Shown here piece after piece: positions 26,077 to 39,094 of a stretch of DNA of 64,000 nucleotides. Where the stretch lies: the NCBI RefSeq assembly GCF_006345805.1, contig NC_042998.1, positions 181,660,001 to 181,724,000 on the forward strand. Direction: 5' to 3'. A program made the translations under genes and the position numbers. The notes under the pieces were generated by a model, which did not search any database, had not been told where the DNA came from, and was given only the letters and a program-made list of their open reading frames with translations. This DNA is from Octopus sinensis. Taxonomy: Eukaryota. The first letter of the stretch is position 1; each line of letters begins with the position of its first letter.

Positions 26077-28059
26077 ATCCAGTGACATTGCAGCATGAAA
26101 GCCAATGATTTCAAGGGAAGGTACATACAGCACATGCACGCACTTAGATGCAGCTCTCCTGTCAAACCATCTAACCCATGCCAGCACAGAAAACAGATGT
26201 TAAATGATGATGATGATATATATGATATGTGTGTGTCACACACACACACTTTTAATATATGTCACCGGCATTATTGAGGTAAGGAAAAAATTATCAACGA
26301 CACCACTAATTGACACATTTGACACATTATTAATTAGCATAGTAGCACAGCCTGGAAAAAATATGGATTACATGGAGAAATGCAAGCAAGAAAAATAATA
26401 TTCCTAGGATTATAAATATAGAAAAGTACAGGACAAATTATAACACTTGGAAAAGTTCAGAACAAGTTATTACACCTGGTAAAGTACAGAACAAGAAAAT
26501 TTTACTTAAAATATTGCAGCTAAGGATAAAATTTGAATATTAAAGAATATTTGATTTTAATTTACAAAGTAACATTATAATTAAAAAAGGTGTCGTCATT
26601 TTTTTAAAATATTGACACGCTAAAATACTTAAAAAATGAGAGCCAGAAGTACCAATATAGCTTAAAGTTTTATGCAAAATAGAATAGTATAGTATATATG
26701 GTAGGCAAATTCATAATGTAAAAAATAGGCATTGGGTCAAGACTAAAAATGTGAAAACTTGGCAGTAACTTTTTCATCATTTTATAACATACAAATAAAT
26801 TATTCATACATCCATTTTTTCTCCATTTTCTTTTCCCTTCAATATTGATAATATATACATATCCAAACATACATATATACACATATACATACATATACAC
26901 ATATATACATATATATGCACACACACACACATACACACATTCTTGAATGTTAATGTGTGTTAGTGTATAAGTATATAAAACAGCTGTTTGAAACTATGTT
27001 ATAGATATATGCTATGAACACAGTTATAATATTACTAACCAACAATACCAACAAAATATTTTCAACACACGAAAGTGTCTTCTTAGTGCTGTATTGTTAG
27101 TAATAAATAGATATTATTTGAAAAGCAAGTCACACACCTCCTAACTCTATGACAAAGCATTTTCATTTTCGCTTCTGACAATGCTCATTAACTAAGTCTA
27201 TCCAGAGCAAAACAATTCACATTTCCTCCATGCCTGAATTTCACCAAAATTTCTTGCCTGCAAGTAATGACCAGTTTTCATTCAATCTCCAAAATGTAGG
27301 TTTATGTTTTCAAATATGTAAGCTTGTGTGCATTATAATGTAAGAATTGCATACACGCACACACACACACACTCACATTACACACACGTGTGTGTGTGTG
27401 TGTGTGCATGAATGTGAGTACAATTATTCCTTTTAATTTCTTTTTTATTTCGTTTGTCAATTTTGTTCTTTGTTTTTGTTTAATTTCTTTATTCATCTTT
27501 TTTCATTCCTTTATTAATATTTTTGCAAAATTGGAATATAAATTAATTTCTATCACTTTTTCTAAAGCTGTTTGGTCTTTATTTTTGTTGCTAATTTAAT
27601 ACTTTATAATAACACTATTCATTCATTACAAAACAAAAATATCAGAGAGAAGTAGATCCTCTGTGAGCATAAAATGTAGTAATAGAGGAATAGTAGACCC
27701 CTCTGCCTCCACTTACAAAAATCCATTCTGTACACTGAGAATGGTGGCATGTAAAAATATGCCATTCATTTAAATTGTCTATTCAATATCATTCGTAAAT
27801 CTATTAAAGTTTTCTATACAATTCAATAACTTTCTCCATACCATTCCTGATAAACTACTTTGTACTTATTCGGATATTTTCACCAAACAATAATTCCTTG
27901 CTTCAATGAGCAAAAGTGCTCAATTTCCAATGTTAGCTTTCACTGTCTTGAGTGGCTGCCAATGAAATTGTATTTCATATTGCCTGGTTTATACCTGTAT
28001 TTAATGGTCAAAGTGTGTATGTTTGAACAGTATACATCTGTGTACAACAAATCACAGGT

Positions 28060-28770
28060 GTAGGCATGACAGTATGGTTAAAATGTTCACTTCCCAACTA
28101 ACATGGTTTCATATTCAGTTCTACTACATGACTCCTTGAGCAAGTGTTGTCCACTATAGCCCCTATCCAACTTAAACTTTGTGAGTGGATTTGGTAGAGG
28201 AAAAGTGGAAGAAGCCTACTTATGTGTGTGTAGTGGGGTATCTCCTTGTCTTGACATTATATGATAGTTGTAAAGGGGAATAATTGTCATACAAGTGGTG
28301 TCATCTGTTTCCAGTCTTCCATGGAAATATTTCTGACTATGAGGAAATATTACTTTACTTGGAAACAGGCAAGAATTGGCAACACAAAGGACATCCAGTT
28401 AGCAAATTCTGACAGAGCCATGCAAAAAGATATTAAAATGATGTTTGTAAGAAGCTTGCTTCCCAACCACATATTTCTGGGTTCAGTCCCACTGCGTGGA
28501 ACCTTGGGCAAGTGTCTTCTATAGCTTTGGGCCAACCAAAGCCTTGTGAGTAGATTTGGTAGATGGAAACTGAAAGAAGCCCATTGTTTTTATATACGCA
28601 TTTGTGTGTCTGTGTTTGTCGCTCCCCCATCACTTGACAACCAATAAAACCAATTAAATAAGTACTAGGTTTACAAAGAATAAGTCCTGGAGTTGACTTG
28701 TTCAACTAAAAGCAATGCTCCAGCATGGCCGCAGTCAAATGATTGAAACAAGTAAAAGAATAAAAGAATA
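28060..28770 (+). mobile_element. Two adjacent family B-headed SINEs
   Basis: Heads at about 28060 and 28450. The second ends with ccagcatggccgcagtcaaatgattgaaacaagtaaaagaat. Confidence 0.75.
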
Positions 28771-29128
28771 AGGAATAAATGAATTGGAGATTGTGAGTAA
28801 ATGATGCCACTTACATGATGGTAACACTCTTATACAAACATGAAATGCTGTCAAGATGGACACTCACATACAACTTCAGTTTCCATCTACCAAATCCATT
28901 TACAGCACTTTAGTTGACATAGGACTATAGTGGTACTATGCTGTGAGACTGAACCCAAAGCCATGTGGATGGGAAGTAACCTTCTCAACAACACAACTAT
29001 GTCTGCACCTAGAGATACTGAAGAAAAATTGACCTGCCAATATATTGACTAACAACAAATCAAACTGGCAATGAATTTACAGATGATGAATTGACTTGTC
29101 AGTGAATTGATCAATGATGAATTGTCTT

Positions 29129-29184
<56 letters not shown>

Positions 29185-29624
29185 TTGCATGTCTGTGTCC
29201 ATAGCAATTCAATAAATCAATAAAATAAATATTAAACTGAAGTTCTGAAGTTGATAAAATCAGTTAAAATCCTTGAAAGCTGTGCCCCAACAATACTGCA
29301 ATTTGATAATAAAAGTCTGTAAAGAATATATAAAAAATGCCTTCCCTTTACTCATTTCCAAATAGCTCTACACAAATGGTACAGAACTATGTTTCTCAGA
29401 TTTAGGACATACGCAAGCATTCTGCTACATTTTCCGAGTGCATAATTATTTGTAACTCTCTTTGAGAATGTTTGACAACCTGCACAAATCAAGACAATGC
29501 TTGTGCAATGAGTGTATAAATTGAATTAATTGCTGTATTTACTTGCTTTCAGTAACTGTACTGTTTTTTATAAATAGTTTTTACTACCTTGCAAGTATTG
29601 CATTTGTATCCTTGGATATTTTAG

Positions 29625-29813
29625 CATAAAAAGCACCTGCACCCATTACACTCTCGTAGTGGTTGGCATTAGGAAGGGCATCCAGCTGTAGAAACTCTGC
29701 CAGATCAAGATTGAAGCCTGGTGCAGCCATCTAGTTCACCAGCCCTCAGTCATATGTCCAACCCATGCTAGCATGGAAAGTGGACGTTAAACAATGATGA
29801 TGATGATGATGAT
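29625..29813 (+). mobile_element. Family A element
   Basis: Conserved body and (atg)n tail. Confidence 0.85.
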
Positions 29814-29975
29814 TTCAACTATTTAGCATCTCATTCAGAGAAAACTCTATTTATGCTTCTTACGTTTCAATAGTATTAGAATTAATGTCATCATCATCAT
29901 TATTTTTGGATCCCTTTTACTATGCCTTCCTGATTTGAACATGTCTTACTACATGTTTTGATCACTCATCATCTC

Positions 29976-30306
29976 ATCATCATCATCATCATCATTATCG
30001 TTTAACGTCCGTTTTCCGCGCTAGCACGGGTTGGACGGTTCGCCCAGGGTCTGGGAAGCCAGGGGCTGCTCCAGGCTCCTGTCTGATCTGGCAGAGTTTC
30101 TATGGCTGGATGCCCTTCCTAACGCCAACCACTCCGCGAGTGTAGTGGGTGCTTTTTACGTGCCACCTGCACAGGTGCCAGGGGGGTGCTGGCATCGGCC
30201 ACGATCGGTTGGAGCTTTTAACGTGCCAGCAGCACGGATGCCAGCCGAGGCAACGCTGGCAACGTTCGGATGGTGCTTTTTATGTGCCACCGGCACAGAA
30301 GCCAGT
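29976..30306 (-). mobile_element. Family A element with three tandem units
   Basis: (cat)n tail. Lies tail-to-tail with 29625-29813. Confidence 0.87.
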
Positions 30307-30964
30307 TTCCTAAAAATACCTTTCATAGTTTCTACCCATTTCTTACTTGGTGCTCCATGTTCCACAAATTACTTCAGTACTTTTTTCTCCAGCTGTTGTC
30401 CTCCATACACATCATATGCCAATAACAGTTCAGTTTCCTCTCTTGTTTCCTCCCTTGCGTGTTACATCTATTTTCTCTTGCATCCAGTTTTTCTCTCAAC
30501 TCATTTGTACTCCATCATTCATACAAACTTCCATTAACTTCATTTCTATCTCATCTTTACATCCACCTCTTTTTTCAGTACCTATGTTTCTCCACCAGTC
30601 AACATCACACTTCATAGACAAACATCATGCAAGAGTTTACTTCACAAATGCTCATACTGCTACCTACATCTGTGTACATGCCTCATATATAGTTTTTTTA
30701 TCCCCCTGCCTGTTTGTGATCCACTGCATCTCTTGTATACCTACAATTTATATGAGGTTTACTGTATGAAATTCTTATCTACTACTGTTCTGCTTGTCAA
30801 GTATGACCACTTCCCCTAATTGCAGAAGAGATATTGTCTTTCTTATTCACTAAAATGTTTGTCTTTGTTAATTTTATTTTGAGGTTTCTTGGTTCCAATC
30901 TTCTACATTTGAAAGTTCTTCTCAAAATCTTTACCATAAGAAGACTAATTTAATAGCAAACAAG

Positions 30965-31100
30965 ACATTCTTGTTGTGGTCAAGAGAACTATAATAAACA
31001 ACAGAGCAAGCGGAGAATTGATCCTTGATGGATACCTACTCATTAAATTCCTTGCTGAATGCAATTACTTCCAGATTTGAATTCAGAGTTACTGTTCTTT
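30965..31100 (-). mobile_element. Decayed RTE RT fragment
   Basis: Minus strand gtaggtatccatcaaggatcaattctc...tttattatagttct translates to VGIHQGSIL...FIIV. Confidence 0.5.
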
Positions 31101-32714
31101 TAGTTTGTATGTGAATTGCTGCTCTCCTTGTCAGGTGATATGCTGCTATGGGTACACACAATGGGTGCAAGAAGTGAGATAAGAGGCTTGCAGTCAACTG
31201 ACATGTTTGTAATACCAGTAATAACAAGCTGAATGCTTATCATTCTGGTTCCAAAGGGAGACAATAGAAAACTCTGGAGCAGTAACATCACCATTTTGAC
31301 AAACATATAAATAGACTGTTTACTATAGCACTAATTTCTCTATGCAGAAGCTTATAAGAGGAGAGAGAAAGAGGAAGTAAACAAGCTTGTAGTGGGTGGA
31401 GAGAGAGTGTATGTGTATATGATCACGTGTTTGCCAACCAAGCAAGAAGGAACGAAAGAGATCTATTTACCATCAGTGTCAGAGATGACTTAATATTTTC
31501 CACTCAAAGTTATGGAGGTACAGTAAGTACCAGCAATATTCTGAATTTAATTGGTTTTTTTCTATCCTCACCATTACCACCACTCTTTTTTGGTATTTCA
31601 TTCTGAATTTTTCTATGCTTTTATCAGTTGAACTGTTTTTGTTAAAGAAATTGTTTATATTACTGTGTTCTTCCTTTGTTGTTGTTAATCTACTCCAAGT
31701 AGATTTTGCTGTTAGTCAGACAAACCGAGGCAAGCAGAGCTATGTGTCTTGTGCAGGGATGCAGACAATACTGTATATATAATGGATATTGATCATAAAG
31801 TCAGTTGTCTAGTATCTTAACTTTGATGTCATTTTCCCACATCCCATTACAAAAAAAAAAAAAAAAAGATGATAGAAAGCCTTTATTTGAGTTCAAATCC
31901 CTCTCCAGTTCACCTTACCATCAGAATGAGTAAATAAATAGAGATTGAACCTGCAACAAAACCTTCATGTGATTACTTATCAGAAATAGTAACTAAATCT
32001 TTCTTGTTTCATACTCTACCTTCATCAAAAATGAAGGACACATTGGACAATGACCTGGATACATTATGCCTAAAAAAGTCATAGTGGCTACAGCAGGAAT
32101 GCCTTTCATCATAAGTCTGCTTAATTATGGCTGACCTGCAGTTAAGCAAAATCCACAAACAAATATACAAGTATTTATATTGCTGTAAGCCATTTAAACC
32201 TCATCTCAATATTTAAACTTTATATCAAATCAAATAAATGTTATGTAGTTATTTATTTTTCTATTTCATTTTTTTTTTTAATGATTTGATTTGGAGTAAT
32301 GAGTTGTGACCATAACCAGGCCCTCTGAAACTGGTGAAATCAATGTTGTTGATGTTTGTTTTTAAACTACCACAAGTCAACGACTACAGCAAAAATATAG
32401 ACACATTGGGAGAGGGATTTCAGAAGAGTGATTTCCTTGGATGGAAAGTTTGGATACAGCCATTTGTGCAGGGCCTGGGTGGATGACAAAAGGAGGGGAG
32501 ACAAGTGAGATAGGTAGACCTGGCTGGAAGTGGCGTGAAAGCTCTGTTGTTGCAGGTAGAAAAAGAAGGAGCAACTGCCTATTACATTGGTTTAAGCTGG
32601 AATATATTAGCGAGCAATTCCATACCAATCTGTTAAGTGACTTATTTTTGCTGGGGATCATCACTATTCCATTGTGAATTTCAAAACATCTGTCTCATTT
32701 AGAGTAATCTTCTG

Positions 32715-33040
32715 TAAGTAAGAGTGTTGGATTCACAATCATGAGGTAATGAGTTCAGTTCCCAGGCCAGGCTGTGTGTTGTGTTCTTGAGCAAGACACT
32801 TTATTTCATGTTGCTCCAGTTCACTTAGCTGTAGAAATGAGTTGCGATGTCACAGGTGCCAAGCTGTATCAGTCTTTGCCTTTCCCTTGGATAACATCGG
32901 TGGCATGGAGAGGGGAGGCTGGTATGCATGGGTGACTGCTGGTCTTCCATAAGCAACCTTGCCCAGACTTTTGCCTTAGAGGGTAACTTTCAAGGTGCAA
33001 TCCATGGTCATTCATGACTGAAGGGGGTCTTTACCCTTTT
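32715..33040 (+). mobile_element. tRNA-derived SINE, family C head with an alternative 3' half
   Basis: gtgttcttgagcaagacactttatttcatg body. A close second copy lies at 34015-34347. Confidence 0.82.
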
Positions 33041-33070
33041 GCACTCTGTAAGTAAGAGATAGGGCAAATA

Positions 33071-33287
33071 CAAGAGAGTGCTGAAAAGTTCCTGGCTTTA
33101 AGGGTACCATGAAAGGCCTGACTGAAGGCCCAACCTTCCAAGTTCTTTTACAGGGCTTAGAAAAACTGAAGGACTGCTGCAATAAGTGTGTGAATTTGAG
33201 AGGGGAATATGTTGAATAAAATCATATTTAACTGGTCCTTGTGTATTTTCTTTTACCCAAAGCCAGGAACTTTTCAGCACCCCCTAG
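33071..33287 (+). mobile_element. Mariner-derived MITE with TA TSD
   Basis: TIR gtgctgaaaagttcctggcttt / aaagccaggaacttttcagcac, with TA on both sides. The internal sequence encodes the transposase C-terminus FLQGLEKLKDCCNKCVNLRGEYVE*. Confidence 0.9.
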
Positions 33288-33289
33288 TA

Positions 33290-33767
33290 CATCATCATCA
33301 TCATCGTTTAACATCCGCTTTCCATGGGTTGGACGATTTGACTTTGGGCTGGTGAACCAGATGGCTGCACCAGGCTTCAATCTTGATCTGGCAGAGTTTC
33401 TACAGCTGGATGCCCTTCCTAACGCCAACCACTCTGAGACTGTAGTGGGTGCTTTTACGTGCCACTAGCACGGGGCCAGTCAGGCGGTGCTGGCAATGGC
33501 CTCCCTCGAATCTTTTACACATGCCACCGGCACAGGTGCCAGTAAGGCAATGCTGATAATGATCACGCTCGAATGGTGTCTTTTACATGCCACCGGCATG
33601 GAGGCCAGATAGCCGCTCTGGCAATGATCATGCTCGGATGGCGCACTTAACTCCCTACTAGCATGGGGCTTGAGTGCAGTAAGGCGACGCTGGTAATGAT
33701 CACACTCGAATGGTGCCTTTTATGTGCCACTGACACAGAAGCTGGTTAGCCGCTCTGTCAACGATCA
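33290..33767 (-). mobile_element. Family A element with ~65-bp tandem array
   Basis: Collinear unit by unit with 4651-5169. Confidence 0.88.
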
Positions 33768-34014
33768 TTAAAATAATACCAGAAGACAGACCTGAAGCAG
33801 ATCTAGAGAAGAAAAGACATGTCATTGATGAGGTCACAAATGACAATGAAAGGACTTTGACAAACTTAACTGATTGATTGACTAAATGATTAGCTAATTG
33901 GTTAAATGTTAACCAATTTACTGACAATAACAATAAAAGTGATATAGAACCAATGCATGTATTCATTATTGGTGTGATGACCCTCCCAAAAATTAATGCC
34001 AGTAGTTAGCGCAT

Positions 34015-34347
34015 CAGGATGGCTCAATAGTTAGAGAGTCAGGCTCACAATCATGAGGTAGTGAGTTTCCCGGATTGGGTTGTGTTGTGTTCTTGAGCAA
34101 GACACTTTATTTCATGTTGCTTCAGTTCATTCAGCAGTAGGAATGAGTTGCATTGTCACGGCTGCCAAGCTGTATCAGCCTTTGCTTTTCTCTTGGGTAA
34201 CATCAGTGGCATGGAGAAGGGAGGCTGGTATGCATGGACAACTGCCGGTCTTCAATAAACAACCTTGCCCGGACTTGTACCTCGGAGGGTAACTTTCTAG
34301 AAGCAATCCCATGGTCGTTCATGACCGAAGGTGGTCTTTACCCTTTA
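34015..34347 (+). mobile_element. tRNA-derived SINE (same family as 32715-33040)
   Basis: tggctcaatagttagagagtcaggctcacaatc head and shared body ending ggtctttacccttt. Confidence 0.82.
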
Positions 34348-35124
34348 TACTGAAACTAATGTCTTCCATGTAAACATTTCTTACATTTTGTAGGCTATCA
34401 AAGCTGATAGCATATTTTAGTAGAAACCAAGATCATAAAATACTTAATACCAGTTGTTATTTGATTGGAGGACCTGTTGTTAAGTGATTTATTATTTTCA
34501 GCTTAACCTGTTTGTTTCATTCATGAATTCATGAATTGCTTAGCCACACCCCAAGATGTCTTCTGACTCACCTACCCACCAAATCCATTAACCTATTTAG
34601 CTAGTCACATGCATGCTGTGTTCTGGAGATCCTTGTTTTGAATTTGAAGATTTAGGTGGGTGTGTGAATGCTGCACATATGTGTATACATCTATAATGTA
34701 TGTATGTATGTCATTGTTGCCTTATCACTTTCACTTCTACCACTCCTAACACATATTTCTACTGGAAATCAGAACAGTCAATTAAATACAGTAGAATACA
34801 GTTGTATTATCACAGCTCTTTTCCAACCGAAGTACAATGACCACCACTACTACTGTTGCTAATATATTGTTTATTATGTTATTGCATCATTATTATTATT
34901 ATTGTAACTACTACAGCTTGAAGGAGGAAAGTTGGCAGAAATAGTAAACCAGTCCAAATGCCATACATTTCTTTCATACAGTCATCTACCCTCACCACCA
35001 CCACCACCACCACCACTCACATACATACTCATAGATTATGTTTATAAGTTCAAATCCTGCATAGGTTGACTTTATCTATTATATCTTTGGACCTTGTTAA
35101 AAATAAAAATAAGTACCAGTAATA

Positions 35125-35540
35125 GGCGCAGGAGTGGCTGTGTGGTAAGTAGCTTGCTAACCAACCACATGGTTCCGGGTTCAGTCCCACTGCGTGGCAT
35201 CTTGGGCAAAGTGTCTTCTGCTATAGCCCCGGGCCAACCAATGCCTTGTGAGTGGATTTGGTAGACGGAAACTGAAAGAAGCCTGTCGTATATATGTATA
35301 TATATATATATATGTATGTGTGTGTTTGTTTGTCTGTGTTTGTCCCCCTAGCATTGCTTGACAACCGATGCTGGTGTGTTTACGTCCCCGTCACTTAGCG
35401 GTTCGGCAAAAGAGACCAATAGAATAAGTACTGGGCTTACAAAGAATAAGTCCTGGGGTCGATTTTCTCGACTAAAGGCGGTGCTCCAGCATGGCCGCAG
35501 TCAAATGACTGAAACAAGTGAAAGAGTATAAAAGAGTATA
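35125..35540 (+). mobile_element. SINE family B, near intact
   Basis: tRNA-like head (TGGCTGTGTGG A box, GGTTCAGTCCC B-like box), cttgggcaaagtgtctt body, internal (TA)(TG) microsatellite and aaagagt tail. Confidence 0.9.
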
Positions 35541-35632
35541 ATATACTGAAATCAATTAAACTAGCAATAGCACCATCATGTCTTGGAAAAAAATGGGCTT
35601 GTGCTCCTTATCAATGATATTTAAAAAATAAA

Positions 35633-36015
35633 GGCATAGGTGTGTGGTGAGAAGTTTGCTTCCCAACCACATGGTTCTGGGTTCAGCCCCACTGCTTGGC
35701 ACCTTGGGCAAGTATTTTCTATTATAACCTTCAACTGACCAAAGCTTTGTGAGCAAATTTGGTAGATGGAAACTGAGAGAAACCCATTGTGTGTGTATAT
35801 GTGTGTGTGTTGCCCACCAACACTGCTTGACAACTTGTGTTGGTGTGTTTACGACCCTGTAACTTAGCTGTTCAGCAAAAGAAACCAATAGAAATAAGTG
35901 CAGGCTTTAAAAAAAAATAAGTACTGAGGTTGAATCATTCAACTAAAATTCATCAAGGCAGTGCCCCAGCATGGTCGCATTCTAGTGACTGAAACAAGTG
36001 CAAGATAAAAGATAA
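35633..36015 (+). mobile_element. SINE family B, older copy
   Basis: Collinear with 35125-35540. Confidence 0.85.
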
Positions 36016-37981
36016 ACTAAGGAACTATTTACAACTACTACTGCTCTTACTACTACTACTACTACTACTACTATTAGTACTACACTTGCTAGTGGCAAGT
36101 TGTAATATTAACAGCAGCAGCAGCAGCAATAACAGCAACAATAACTGCAGTAGTGTTATGGTAGTTATCCAAAAAATGTAATATAAATAGGAGGATAGTG
36201 CTAGTAGTATATTATTTATGGAAGTATATAAATAAATAATTTGTGCTGTTGTGTGCTCATTATTTAGACATCCATTCATATAACTCATTTTATTTTTTTT
36301 AATAAACATGCATTTTCATACTCTACATGTTTGATGTGTGTGATATTTTATGTTTAATATTTTTCAGTGACCTGCCAGCACATATGTGTGTGTATTTATA
36401 TGTTGTTGATAAATGTATAACTATAGTCTCTTTCAGTTACCCAAGTAGATTCAGAAATTTTCTAGGGATGGGATGTAAATACAGTAAATACACAATGTGT
36501 GATTTGATACAGAATGTGGTGGTTTGTAAATAGAGAATTTGTGTCTCCTGTCACAGTCGTAGTGACTACATTTTTTTTCCCATCACCAATACTTGTACAC
36601 ACACACACACACAGCTATGTGCAGGGCAACATTTAAAATGTTCTTTCTTCTTTTATAACATTCATCTTGTGACCTATTGCATCTTTATAGTTATACAATG
36701 AACTAATCACTGGTTCAATGCATTTTCAACACTGAAAGTGACAAGAAAATGTGTGTGCTTCTCCAATAGAATAATTATTGTCAGATGTTTCTTTTGCACA
36801 CACCATTTTATCAATTTTCTTGCTATGTGCATCAGAAAAGATATACATATGTATGTATACACACACACACAGAGTTTCCATCTAGAAAATTTCACTCACA
36901 AAGCATTGGTTAACCTGAGGATATGATTAAGCACATTCAAGGTGCCACTCAGTGAAATTAAACCCAGAACCATTTGCTTGTGAAGTAATCCTTTGCAGAC
37001 CAATAATGTTGTTTTTAAAATGATTGGTGATAGGATGAGTATCCAGCTCAAGAATCCAAGCCAAAAATGAAACATACAAACAAGACGTGGTCCTCTGATT
37101 AGCCTAGGAAAGCAGTCATACCAAATAACAACTGACTCACACACTTATGACCTGTTCAACACCTACCAGCATGGAAAGCAGATGTAAAATGATGGTGATG
37201 AAGATGATGATGAAGAGCCCATACTCATGAACCTTGGTGAACCTTTGATGCTAGAAGGATGCACGTGGTTGGTGATCAGCTTGAACATCTGTAAGTCAAT
37301 GTCTGCAGAAAAAATATGGTTAGCAAGGGAAATCCTGAAGGCTGATGTTCTGACTATCAACCATTTGACATAATAGTCAATAGGGAGCCTGAGAGAGAAG
37401 AGAGAGACCAGCTAACAAGAGAAGAAATAGATGTGTCTGGCTGATTTGAGAGGAGGTGGTAGACAGGCAACTGGCTATGAGGAGCAGAGGCCATTGTAGT
37501 TGTTATCAAAAAAATAGTCACAAGACATTGCTTCTGTCAGCATATGTAGGTCAGTTCATTTTGAAATTTCTCTTATGTACATATGTGTGTATGTGTGTGT
37601 GTATTAAACTTTAGCAATCACTTGCAAGCAAATATGACTTGGTAGCTTGTATTACACTTTTGCTAATTGTTTTAACTGTTTATGTAGTTGCATGAAGATA
37701 TAGACACTCTCTCACACACATGCACATGTGTGTGTGTGATGTTAAGTTTCTTAAGTTTTCAAGTAAATTTCCAGGAGTGAGAAAATTTGTCTTTGATTGA
37801 GAGCATAGACATACTCTCCTGCACTTTGGACACATAAAATTTTTTATCCTTTTTCAAAAACAGTCTTCATCTGAACATTGGAGAAATTATTCTCCAAACC
37901 CTAATTTGATACAGTTTAAAGAAACTTTACACTATTAACAAAGTTTTCAGGCCAATTCTTCAGGTCTTGATCTTGGTTTAC

Positions 37982-38031
<50 letters not shown>

Positions 38032-38596
38032 GAGAGAGAGAGAGTGAGTGAGTGCATGTGTGTTTGTTTGCAAGTGTGAGTGCAAGCATGTACTCAGTTA
38101 TATATTTATATATGATTGAAAGTTTCATAACCCAACTCATTACATCTTTTATAGTACTTTGAAAGGTTTTATGATTTGATCTTCATACAGTGCAGTGTAT
38201 CTTGAACAAGTCAGCCTGACTGAACCCATTTGTCTCCAATCTGGGTTCAACTCAGCAATATGTACATCAAAACCCCATCTTTTAGTTTTACTAAAATATT
38301 GTGCTACCCAATAGTAACAGCTTACAGAGAAGTGAACTGGTCATTGAGAATCAAATACATTTACTACTGTCACAATATAGTGTGACAGTATATGGATGAG
38401 GGAATCTTTTGGTGTTAATCTTTCATTCTGTTGACTCAGCTGTGATTTCTATCTTATTTGACTTAACAGGTCTCCATAGTGCTTGAATCTGTACTGAAAC
38501 TTTAACCTGTTAAGACAAATACAAATGGGATAAAATGAAAACTTTGCCACTCTGTCCATTTTGTTTTACATTTTTGCCAATCTTTATAATCTTACT

Positions 38597-39094
38597 TTAA
38601 CCCTTTAACATTCAGATTTCTTTGTCAAATTTAATACTTATTTATTCACATTGTTTGAATCATATATTATCTCATAACTTTTATTTTGGTCAAGTTAGTC
38701 TCTTGCTGTAAAACTCATTAGCAAGATATTGACTCATCCAAAATGAAATATTATTAATCTCTAAAGTGGCATACAGTACTCTTTTTTCTGAGAGGTATAA
38801 CTAAACACACACATAATTGCTTAATCAGGAGAAATAGTAGTTCTCATGACCCTTTATAACACTTCTGAAATTGGTAAGAAGAAAGATAAGAAGAATGGAT
38901 TCTCACACCAATGACTTAGCCTAAATGCTTACATGTTGTGGACTTCACGATATTTCAATGATGTGATTGTATATTTTGGAATGACATCGTAAGTTAGGTG
39001 TGAGAGACTGGATCTGGCCAGTTTGAACATAAAACTGGTAAAATATTTCGGTCAGATGAGCTGGATATAGCCAATTTAACTGCTAAAGGATTAA
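38597..39094. mobile_element. TTAA-type MITE containing a 270-bp insertion
   Basis: Ends TTAAccctttaaca and tgctaaaggaTTAA bracket the left arm of the inverted duplication. Confidence 0.65.

Noticed and set aside
33440-33767. CRISPR-like repeat/spacer appearance of the 65-bp arrays
   Set aside because: The units are degenerate tandem repeats without unique spacers, the context is a eukaryotic retroelement, and there are no cas genes.
38365-38390. 10-bp perfect inverted repeat tactgtcaca/tgtgacagta
   Set aside because: Too short and without context to support a function.
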